A stretch of 64,000 bases of DNA, from assembly GCF_003918875.1 (NCBI RefSeq), contig NW_025767261.1:558001-622000 (forward strand), written 5' to 3'. Every line of letters starts with the position of its first letter. The first letter of the stretch is position 1. The stretch is from Haliotis rubra (Eukaryota). A model generated the notes under the pieces. That model saw only the letters and a list, made by a program, of their open reading frames with translations, did no database searches and was not told where the DNA came from. Position numbers and translations under genes: made by a program. Positions 50,501 to 61,846 of the stretch are shown piece after piece.

Positions 50501-53500
50501 CCTACAGTGAGACAAGCAGACAAGCATGAGGTACTGGGGACCTAATCTTATCCCTCATGCCTACAGTGAGACAAGCAGACAAGCATGAGGTACTGGGGTA
50601 CTGGGGACCTAATCTTATCCCTCATGCCTACAGTGAGACAAGCATGAGGTACTGGGGACCTAATCTTATCCCTCATGCCTACAGTGAGACAAGCAGACAA
50701 GCATGAGGTACTGGGGACCTAATCTTATCCCTCATGTCTACAGTGAGACAAGCATGAGGTACTGGGAACCTAATCTTATCCCTCATGCCTACAGTGAGAG
50801 ACAAGCATGAGGTACTGGGGACCTAATCTTATCCCTCCCTCATGCCTACAGTGAGACAATCTTAGACAAGCCATGAGGTACTGGGGACCTAATCTTATCC
50901 CTCATGCCTACAGTGAGACAAGCATGAGGTACTGGGGACCTAATCTTATCCCTCATGCCTACAGTGAGACAAGCAGACAAGCATGAGGTACTGGGAACCT
51001 AATCTTATCCCTCATGCCTACAGTGAGACAAGCAGACAAGCATGAGGTACTGGGGACCTAATCTTATCCCTCATGCCTACAGTGAGACAAGCATGAGGTA
51101 CTGGGGACCTAATCTTATCCCTCATGCCTACAGTGAGACAAGCATGAGGTACTGGGGACCTAATCTTATCCCTCATGCCTACAGTGAGACAAGCATGAGG
51201 TACTGGGAACCTAATCTTATCCCTCATGCCTACAGTGAGACAAGCAGACAAGCATGAGGTACTGGGGACCTAATCTTATCCCTCATGCCTACAGTGAGAC
51301 AAGCATGAGGTACTGGGAACCTAATCTTATCCCTCATGCCTACAGTGAGACAAGCATGAGGTACTGGGGACCTAATCTTATCCCTCATGCCTACAGTGAG
51401 ACAAGCAGACAAGCATGAGGTACTGGGGACCTAATCTTATCCCTCATGCCTACAGTGAGACAAGCATGAGGTACTGGGGACCTAATCTTATCCCTCATGC
51501 CTACAGTGAGACAAGCAGACATGCACGAGGTACTGGGGACCCACTCTGATCCAACATGCCTACACGGAGACAAGCATGAGGTACTGGGCACCCTCTCTGA
51601 TCTGTTACAAATCAGCAGTTTTCTCCGATCCTTAGCAAGTGTTGAGCAGCACAATGTATAGAGATCTGCACTATTGAGATGACACATGACAACATGACAC
51701 AACACTGACACAAGCGAGGACATCTAGAAAAGACAACACCAATTATACCTATTCACCAGGGGGCGCTACTTGTTCATCACATACAGATCATACACAGGCA
51801 TCCGACTGCAGCACGGAGGGAGAAACACGACATTGTTAAACAACCAGTGTCTACATACAGACACAGTATATAGTTACATACGATAACATGTGTATATATA
51901 TACAGATCCCACAGAGACTGTAACATGAAGTATAGCACCATATACATGTATACAGGATATATCCCACATAGACAAGTATATCACGTTTGTAAGACGATGG
52001 TTATAGCACATATGTAGGAACACATGCTAAAGACAGCCACTGACTGTAAATAAACATGAAAACCGTCATCTCTGTACATTCAGATGTGTACATGTATCCC
52101 TGGCCTTGATCTCAAACATATATCCCACATGGCCTGTAACAGATGTGTATATATACAGCATATATCCCACATGGCCTGTAACAGATGTGTATATATACAG
52201 CATATATCCCACATTGATTGTAACAGATGTGTATATATACAGCATATATCCCACATTGACTGTAACAGATGTGTATATATACAGCATATATCCCACATTG
52301 ACTGTAACAGATGTGTATATATACAGCATATATCCCACATGTATTGTACCAGAGGTGTATATATACAGCATATACCCCACACTGACTGTAACAGATGTGT
52401 ATATATACAGCATATATCCCACATTGACTGTAACAGATGTGTATATACAGCATATATCCCACATTGACTGTAACAGATGTGTATATATACAGCATATATC
52501 CCACATTGACTGTAACAGATGTGTATATATACAGCATATATCCCACATTGACTGTAACAGATGTGTATATATACAGCATATATCCACATTGACTGTAACA
52601 GATGTGTATATATACAGCATATATCCCACATTGACTGTAACAGATGTGTATATACAGCATATATCTCACATTGACTGTAACAGATGTGTATATTCATCTA
52701 CAGTATGCATTCCACATTGAGGGTAACATGGAATTAAATGTCAGATCACCAACTGCTAGACAAGGTATAAACTAGTTAGAAAACTTGCACATAAAACAAC
52801 AAAGTGTAAATGAAATAAATAACTTCATTGAAATAAAATTGTTAAAGGGCATTGAACGTATGGTTAGTTGTAATTAGTACAAATATAAGAGTTACCTCAA
52901 AGAAAGAACACATGCAAAAATTTCAAAAATAAGAAAACATGCTTTTATTCATAATATATACAATTCAAGAAGGAATGTCCCGTGACTTGTCATCTAACTG
53001 TTCAATGTACACACTGATGAGGTAAAGGAGAAATGAGTTCAGAAAACTGAACATAAAATACGCTTGTGTTGCATGAAACAGACCCCATGATTGTTCACTC
53101 TATCTGTGACAAAATGCCTGTAGGTAGAAGTAGGTCGCACGACAAGTAGAATAATGTACATTACCGGTTATCAACATGAAACTGTGAAAAGATTTAAGTA
53201 TGTTTCATTTTCCACCAGTGATCCCTTTAAACAAACTGGATTTACATATAAGTTATTTTCTTGAGTATTATGTGCACCCATGTATATTGCACCCCCTTCT
53301 AGGTAATTCAGTATTTTACACACAAATAATCCCTCCCAAAATTCAGGTATCACAAACATATATCAACAAACTTGGTAAAAATGTATATGAAATTTGAGAT
53401 AGAACATCAAGGATGTCATTACTTAATAGATCTGACCTTTAACCTTCAACAGGTGATGGGCAATAGATTTTACATTTAACATGGGCAAATGCTTTACACT

Positions 53501-56500
53501 TGTTGTGTTCACAGAGACCTAATATTGGTGTGAGTCATTGGTGTGAAACCATATACAACATACCAATCATTCAAGAAACCTTGATTAAGGTGAAGTGCTC
53601 ATGCAGGCAGAGCTACTTCAACAATGACCTTCGAAATGACCTTGACCTCCAAAAAACGTTCAAGGTTGCCTCTAGTTGGTGACAGCGGCAAGGACACAAA
53701 TTTCAGATTCCAGTGAGATCTGCTGTTTCAGGGACTAAGGGGTGGATATTGACATGTGCGATCAGCTATGTTGTATCCGGGGCCAAGGGGAAGCTGTTGA
53801 CATGGTTGGAAAGCCAGAATCTCACTGATATGCCAAATATCCTTTGTAAAGTGGCTTAAAATATGTAAAATATATCAAAACCTGGAAACACTCACCCACT
53901 CAACTGAATAGTATGTCATATGTTCATAAAAGTATCCTTGGTGCAAGTACAAATGCCCAATGGTTTACATACACGTTATCATTAGTGGCCTGAGAAGTGG
54001 GAGTAGATTCTCCTGGAGCACCAATCATTGGTTAGGGAATCATAAAAACAAAACCATTATAAAAGTGTTATCAATCAACGAGATTCACACAGTGCCACAT
54101 CCACAGTGTCTGGCTGAGAGGTGCCACTACAACAGATGCTTACGATGAGATCTCCGCCTCCCCGGTGTCCAGTAGCGCTGTCTTAGGTGGCAGTCGACCT
54201 GCGGAACAAATACAGGATCAGATAGATCACAAACCTACAGGAGGACAGTTACAGGATCAGAGAGATGATAGATGATCAGGATCAGAGATAGATCACAAAC
54301 CTACAGGAACATACAGGATCAGAGACATGATCACAGATACAGGATCAGATAGATCACAAATACAGGATCAGATAGATCACAAACCTACAGGAACATCACA
54401 CAGTTACAGGATCAGAGACATGATCACAGATACAGGATCAGATAGATCACAAATACAGGATCAGATAGATCACAAACCTACAGGAACATCACACAGTTAC
54501 AGGATCAGATATAGATCAGATACAGATGACGTACAGAAGCCTGGATAGTGTCTCACCTATGTGCTCGTTGATGGACTCGCTCTTGGCAATGGCCATTAGA
54601 AAGCCATAGAAGGACACCCGGGGAACCGTGAAGAGAATCTCCTTCAGCGCCGAGACAGGTGGTGTGCTGTGGAGAAACATTGGCTAGTAATCATCATATC
54701 ACAGTCCCATAACAATCCCTTGGTTAATACACCTCATATTCACATCATATTATGGAGGGAAACACAAACAATATGCATTTGACATTAGTAGACTTGAACC
54801 TAGTGTTCTGTAGTACAAGCAAGGCACGACCCACATGGCTACACACATCAACCCATGTGTAGACTTGAACCTGGTGTTCTGTAGTACAAGCAAGGCACGA
54901 CCCACATGGCTACACACATCAACCCATGTGTAGACTTGAACCTGGTGTTCTGCAGTACAAGCAAGGCATGACCCACATGGCTACACACATCAACCCATGT
55001 GTAGACTTGAACCTGGTGTTCTGTAGGACAAGCAAGGCATAACCCACATGGCTACACACATCAACCCATGTGTAGACTTGAACCTGGTGTTCTGCAGTAC
55101 AAGCAAGGCATGACCCACATGGCTACACACATCAACCCATGTGTAGACTTGAACCTGGTGTTCTGCAGTACAAGCAAGGCATGACCCACATGGCTACACA
55201 CATCAACCCATGTGTAGACTTGAACCTGGTGTTCTGCAGTACAAGCAAGGCATGACCCACATGGCTACACACATCTACCCATGTGTAGACTTGAACCTGG
55301 TGTTCTGTAGGACAAGCAAGGCATAACCCACATGGCTACACACATCAACCCATGTGTAGACTTGAACCTGGTGTTCTGCAGTACAAGCAAGGCATGACCC
55401 ACATGGCTAGACACATCAACCCATGTGTAGACTTGAACCTGGTGTTCTGCAGTACAAGCAAGGCATGACCCACATGGCTACACACATCAACCCATGTGTA
55501 GACTTGAACCTGGTGTTCTGCAGTACAAGCAAGGCATGACCCACATGGCTACACACATCAACCCATGTGTAGACTTGAACCTGGTGTTCTGTAGTACAAG
55601 CAAGGCATGACCCACATGGCTAGACACATCAACCCATGTGTAGACTTGAACCTGGTGTTCTGCAGTACAAGCAAGGCATGACCCACATGGCTACACACAT
55701 CAACCCATGTGTAGACTTGAACCTGGTGTTCTGCAGTACAAGCAAGGCATGACCCACATGGCTACACACATCAACCCATGTGTAGACTTGAACCTGGTGT
55801 TCTGCAGTACAAGCAAGGCATGACCCACATGGCTACACACATCAACCCATGTGTAGACTTGAACCTGGTGTTCTGCAGTACAAGCAAGGCATGACCCACA
55901 TGGCTACACACACATCAACCCATGTGTAGACTTGAACCTGGTGTTCTGCAGGTACAAGCAAGGCATGACCCACATGGCTACACACATCAACCCATGTGTA
56001 GACTTGAACCTGGTGTTCTGCAGTACAAGCAAGGCATGACCCACATGGCTACACACATCAACCCATGTGTAGACTTGAACCTGGTGTTCTGCAGTACAAG
56101 CAAGGCATGACCCACATGGCTACACATACACATCAACCCATGTGTAGACTTGAACCTGGTGTTCTGCAGTACAAGCAAGGCATGACCCACATGGCTACAC
56201 ACATCATCAACCCATGTGTAGACTTGAACCTGGTGTTCTGCAGTACAAGCAAGGCATGACCCACATGGCTACACACATCAACCCATGTGTAGACTTGAAC
56301 CTGGTGTTCTGCAGTACAAGCAAGGCATGACCCACATGGCTACACACCCAACCCATGTAGACTTGAACCTGGTGTTCTGCAGTACAAGCAAGGCATGACC
56401 CACATGGCTACACACATCAACCCATGTGTAGACTTGAACCTGGTGTTCTGCAGTACAAGCAAGGCATGACCCACATGGCTACACACATCAACCCATGTGT

Positions 56501-59500
56501 AGACTTGAACCTGGTGTTCTGCAGTACAAGCAAGGCATGACCCACATGGCTACACACATCAACCCATGTGTAGACTTGAACCTGGTGTTCTGCAGTACAA
56601 GCAAGGCATGACCCACATGGCTACACACATCAACCCATGTGTAGACTTGAACCTGGTGTTCTGTGGAATAAGCAAGGCATGACCCACATGGCTACACACA
56701 TCAACCCATGTGTAGACTTGAACCTGGTGTTCTGCAGGTACAAGCAAGGCATGACCCACATGGCTACACACATCAACATCACATGTGTAGACTTGAACCT
56801 GGTGTTCTGCAGGACAAGCAAGGCATGACCCACATGGCTACACACATCAACCCATGTGTAGACTTGAACCTGGTGTTCTGCAGTACAAGCAAGGCATGAC
56901 CCACATGGCTACACACATCAACCCATGTGTAGACTTGAACCTGGTGTTCTGCAGTACAAGCAAGGCATAACCCACATGGCTACACACATCAACCCATGTG
57001 TAGACTTGAACCTGGTGTTCTGTAGTACAAGCAAGGCATGACCCACATGGCTACACACATCAACCCATGTGTAGACTTGAACCTGGTGTTCTGTAGGACA
57101 AGCAAGGCATGACCCACATGGCTACACACACATCAACATGTGTGTAGACTTGAACCTGGTGTTCTGTAGGACAAGCAAGGCATGACCCACATGGCTACAC
57201 ACATCAACCCATGTGTAGACTTGAACCTGGTGTTCTGTAGGACAAGCAAGGCATGACCCACATGGCTACACACATCAACCCATGTGTAGACTTGAACCTG
57301 GTGTTCTGCAGTACAAGCAAGGCATGACCCACATGGCTACACACATCAACCCATGTGTAGACTTGAACCTGGTGTTCTGCAGTACAAGCAAGGCATGACC
57401 CACATGGCTACACACATCAACCCATGTGTAGACTTGAACCTGGTGTTTTGTGGAATAAGTTCTGTGGGACAGGCAAGGCATGACCTACATGGCTACACAC
57501 ATCAACCCATGTGTGTAGACTTGAACCTGGTGTTCTGCAGTACAAGCAAGGCATGACCCACATGGCTACACACATCAACCCATGTGTAGACTTGAACCTG
57601 GTGTTTAGTGCAGCAGCCCAAGCAAGGCATGACTTATACATGGCTGAACACATCAACCCATGTGTAGACTTGAACCTGGTGTTCTGCAGTACAAGCAAGG
57701 CATGACCCACATGGCTACACACATCAACCCATGTGTAGACTTGAACCTGGTGTTTTGTGGAATAAGCAAGGCATGACCCACATGGCTAGACACATCAACC
57801 CATGTGTAGACTTGAACCTGGTGTTCTGTAGGACAAGCAAGGCATGACCCACATGGCTACACACATCAACCCATGTGTAGACTTGAACCTGGTGTTCTGT
57901 GGAATAAGCAAGGCATGACCCACATGGCTAGACACATCAACACATGTGTAGACTTGAACCTGATGTTCTGCGGAATAAGCAAGGCATGACCCACATGGCT
58001 ACACATTTCAACCCATTTGAAGATTCGTGTTAGCAGGATAAGCCAGGCATGACCCACTCGGCCGTCTCACCTGAAGCTGACCCTCTCACAGAGAGGGTAC
58101 AGTGATCGGAAGAACTGCATGGCATCGATGCCGTCGGCAGGCTGGTGGTTCTGCTGGAGGATCTTGGTGCCGGCGCTGGCGGAGGGCACCACTACCGGGT
58201 CGCGGGGACTTCGCTGTGTCTGGAGGATGGACTGGTAGATCTCCCCACTCTTCTCCAGGAACTCTGCAGCAGAGTGTATCCTCAGTCAGCCAAGGGAATA
58301 GTTCTCCATTCTATAATGACTACAGTTCCCCTTTATGGGAAGTTTCAAGATAGACATAGATTTCCATTGGAGACTTTGCTTACATGCCTTGATGGTGTTC
58401 TACTTCCACCATTCCTGGACGAAAACCCAGGAGTTCCTTGCATGAATACATACTGAAGCTTTGTTTCTGATCATTTAAACCCTTTTAATCTTAAACCCAG
58501 TGTTTTACCATATAAAGGAAATATCACAGAGTTTTCATTGCATGCTCTTGATCCAATATACCCCTGGTCAAGAAAACGAAGAAATACACATCATAATCAT
58601 CAACTTGACCCAGACTACAGACTGATAGTAACAGCCATCTGTGAGGTAACCTCAACATCAGTATCTATCAGAACCACTGAGCGGCTATATGTAGAATTCT
58701 ACAAAGTTAGCGTCAGTGATGAAATAAGTGATGGCATCTAACCAATGGCATCTAACCGAACTGGTTAAATGACACTGAATTACATTTATGTCACAAGATA
58801 TCACCACAGTTCATTTATCACCTTTACTTTATTGATGCCAGCCAATCAGAGTCACATTTAGATGAACATCACTCCCTTACTACTGGGATCGTGATTAACA
58901 TGGATCTTGAACTTTCGAGTATCAGGATACTGAACTTTATCAGAGTATCAGAGGATACTGAACTTTTCGAAGCATCTCACCTTCATAACAGAACTGCACC
59001 TGCAATGCGTAGATGAAGTCGGAGAAGCAGATGAGACAGTCGAGGGCGTCGTCAATCAAGATGATCCTGAAAGGCGAGATGTGACACAGTTACAGAAAAC
59101 CCACACAACTACAGGTGACACTGAGAGCACACTGACCAAGGTATCAAGGACGTTCACTGATGTTTCACTGTTATAAGTTGTAGGGGAATATGCTCTGATG
59201 TACCCTGTGTGTGAGTGTACCTCCAGGTATGGGCATATTGCCAGATGACAATTTGGGCTCTGTCCATCACACACATTGAATGTTAGTTTTCATTATTTAC
59301 ATAAAGCTACTTTGTTGTACAGAGTTTAGTTGAGAGATTAGAGGATTAGCTACATTATATCCATTATCAAACCTTCATCTTGTATGTGTGTGTGTGCCTA
59401 CATGCGTGTGTATATGTACATGCATGTTTGTGTGTAGTTTGTGTCTGTGTGTGTGTCGGGAGTACCTGGCAGTCTTCTGCACCATACTGAATGGAAAGTC

Positions 59501-61023
59501 TGAACACAGTAGCCCCAGTAGGGAGTGGTACTCCTGGATACTCAGCAGATCTGAAACACACACTCGACAATGACAAACAGTAGCCCCAGTAGGGAGTGGT
59601 ACTCCTGGATACTCAGCAGATCTGAAACACACACTCGACAATGACAAACAGTAGCCCCAGTAGGGAGTGGTACTCCTGGATACTCAGCAGATCTGAAACA
59701 CACACTCGACAATGACAAACTGAACAATATCCTATGATATGACCCCGTGTGTCACAATCAGATATCTCCTGATGCTTGATACACATTTAGAATGAAGACA
59801 TATCCTACCTCCCTTTTTGCCAATTTGTTTGTAGCACTTCCAGAAAAGTTTAACAAACGAAGCCCGATTGTGTGGCGTGGAGCGAACAAAGGCGTACTCG
59901 CGGAACATGGTGTGGTTGCCATCACGCAGACTTGCAAAGCTGAAAAACAACAACAATCAAAACTATATCACATGACATAAGGCTATCAATCCTACACACT
60001 TTCACACGAGATGATATGGCAGTGTAAGTCTTTGTAGAGCTATGTTACAATTGCATTACATTATTTTGGTTAAGTTTTTTCTTGAGATTCAGCACAAGGC
60101 AGTTGCGAGCTGGTTAATTCATTTCGACAGGGTAGGCTGGTGCCTTTGGGCTCTCACATTACATCAAGATCAGCTCTTGTGGCAAAGCAATATGACCCTG
60201 CATAGTCAACCAACGCCTGTTTGGGACGCTGGACCACTGCCAGGTGAGCGTCATTGTTACTGACTTTATTGCTATTCTACAGCGCCTGTCATTGTCATTG
60301 TGACTGTGATGCCATGCTACTTTGTAATGCCATTATAATTCTTTGCAGTAATACATCTGTATCTAATTAGTTGTAAACTGACCTGTAATAACATTCACTG
60401 TATATATTCCTGTTATGCTACATTACATGATGCTACGGACGGTGTTGGAAACTGAGTCACTTACTAATCACTGATGAACTTGACGGCGTTGACTTTGGGG
60501 TTGTCTTCCCGATGTTCCAGGAGCTGGGAGATTCCATCCTCCAGATACGTCAGCACATTGTGCTTTGCTGAAAACACTGAGTTGGTCAGTTTAACGCCGG
60601 TCAGCAATACTCTAGGCATATCAAGACCGCCTCTAAATAATTAAGTCTGGTCCAGGAAACTGCCAACAAATACCACTACATTAACCCATGTTGTCTCGAC
60701 CTGGTGACGACCGATAACCTGTGTTGTCTGGATGTAGTGACACAACAATAAACTGTGTTGTCTAGACATGGTGACACAATAACATTATTAACACATGTCA
60801 TCTGGATGAGGTGACAACAATACTGCAAATGGATGTTGTCAGGCTTATAGACTTTCTACGTCAATGGACTGTCCCCTGCAGCAGCTGAGTTTTGCACAGA
60901 GAAGCATGTCTACCTCTACTGCATAAATGTCTACCTATACTGCATAAATGTCTACAGCATACCTCAAAACTTACCTAGATATCGTTCTGCTGTCGTGGAG
61001 AATCGATCTTCGTTGATAGCCAT
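47573..61023 (-). CDS. CSTPP1: Centriolar satellite-associated tubulin polyglutamylase complex regulator 1 (C11orf49/UPF0705 homolog)
   Basis: Minus-strand exons 61023-60975, 60567-60465, 59939-59807, 59550-59466, 59066-58981, 58263-58071, 54666-54557, 54198-54144, 47816-47573 (TAG), phases consistent. Protein MAINEDRFSTTAERYLAKHNVLTYLEDGISQLLEHRED...FREYAFVRSTPHNRASF...DLLSIQEYHSLLGLLCSDFPF...ARIILIDDALDCLICFSDF...VSFYGFLMAIAK...acidic Ser-rich end closely parallels human C11orf49 as I recall it. Confidence 0.9.
47997..48074. mobile_element. Short GGG-terminated MITE remnant
   Basis: GGGCCCAATCCA ... TGGATTGGGACCC inverted ends. Confidence 0.4.
48490..49082. repeat. 41-45-bp minisatellite
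   Basis: GGGAGAGATGGGTTCATGATGCTGAACGTGAAATGCAGTGT. Confidence 0.92.
49740..50160. repeat. 18-bp degenerate minisatellite
   Basis: CCCTACATGGTCCAGATG / CCCCTACATGGTCCAGAC. Confidence 0.88.
50180..51590. repeat. 51/59-bp minisatellite with internal inverted repeat
   Basis: GACAAGCATGAGGTACTGGGGACCTAATCTTATCCCTCATGCCTACAGTGA; GCATGAGG and CCTCATGC are complementary. Confidence 0.93.
52115..52695. repeat. 42-bp minisatellite
   Basis: GATGTGTATATATACAGCATATATCCCACATTGACTGTAACA. Confidence 0.93.
54208..54525. repeat. TACAGGATCAGATAGATCACAAA-type compound repeat abutting the CSTPP1 exon 8 acceptor (54199)
   Basis: Direct inspection. Confidence 0.85.
54788..58058 (-). repeat. 71-bp satellite (about 46 copies) derived from the tRNA-like head of the local SINE
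   Basis: Minus-strand unit GTAGCCATGTGGGTCATGCCTTGCTTGTACTGCAGAACACCAGGTTCAAGTCTACACATGGG aligns with the SINE head GCCTAGTGGTTAAAGCGTTTGCTTGTCACGCTGAAAACCCGGGTTCGATTCCCCACATGGG (29804). Confidence 0.9.
59505..59720 (-). repeat. Three 71-bp copies of the CSTPP1 exon 4 acceptor plus exon start
   Basis: Minus strand GTGTGTGTTTCAG|ATCTGCTGAGTATCCAGGAGTACCACTCCCTACTGGGGCTACTGT with acceptors at 59693, 59622 and 59551. Confidence 0.92.
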
Positions 61024-61800
61024 TTTTCTGACAATGTTTTGCTCTTCCAGTTGGAATTATCGATTTCCTAATCCTTATTGCATGGAAAATTAATGCCGAA
61101 AATATAGAAGTTCCGCACAGAACGTTAATGTTATCTTTGTTCACCGCATTACAGACAGTGGTAAATCAAATCATGAAATATTTGTTTGATTCAAGAATCA
61201 AGTACACAATTAATGTTCAGCATGGACACTCTACAGTCATGGAAACAGACTCTGTTCGTGTAGGTTGAGACGGATGACGTTGCAAACAGACGTAATTTCA
61301 TCTTATTTCGAGGTAAATCGAGATGAATAGGCTAACATTGAAAGTATTTCATTTGCAGCGAAACCGGAAGTTTTCATGGGGCAACCATATCACACAGAGC
61401 TATGCGACATTACACGATTCGCATTACAATTTTTTAAACCTTATTTCTGAAATAGTATGCATTGCACGATGTGTTTTTCTGCATGGAAAGTGAGATAACG
61501 CATTTGTGACATCGATAACTAGGGCTTAAAATTGGAGTCCGAAATATTCACGCACCTGACCTCTCGTCAAGTTTCGGTCATTTCCGCTCGAGCTACAGCA
61601 TTGTACGCTTCGTGTTACAGGCTTTGTGATTGGACGACTGCGGTCCCGTTAAATGTACGGAAACCATCGAGCACATGCGAGGTCATCTGTCAATCACTGC
61701 AAATAACAGAAGCTTTAGACTTACCGCAACAACTGACCTCATTCAGTGTAAACACGGAGTACTGTGGAAACTAACTTATGTACCGCTCGATGCACTGAGG
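61024..61800. promoter_or_regulatory. Putative bidirectional promoter / 5' UTR region between CSTPP1 and the divergent gene
   Basis: About 780 bp between head-to-head start codons, relatively CpG-rich, with an ETS-type ACCGGAAGT at about 61363 and a TGACGT half-site at about 61275. Confidence 0.4.
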
Positions 61801-61846
61801 ATGAAGGCTATTACTGCAGCCTTGTCGCTGCTAGCCATTTGCTTCG
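61801..61846 (+). CDS. Probable first coding exon (signal peptide) of an unidentified secreted/membrane protein gene, divergent from CSTPP1
   Basis: ATG at 61801 gives MKAITAALSLLAICF (basic residue plus hydrophobic core), followed by a strong G|GTAAGT donor at 61847. No downstream exon identified in the window. Confidence 0.5.

Noticed and set aside
51749-51806. Extra CSTPP1 exon (minus strand, AG...GT bounded)
   Set aside because: Stops in all three frames, and exon 8 joins the 47816 exon in phase without it. An alternative terminal exon cannot be supported without RNA data.
54788-58058. CRISPR array or true tRNA gene cluster
   Set aside because: No unique spacers and a eukaryotic context. 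I cannot fold the units into a cloverleaf with an acceptor stem, and they match a SINE head instead.
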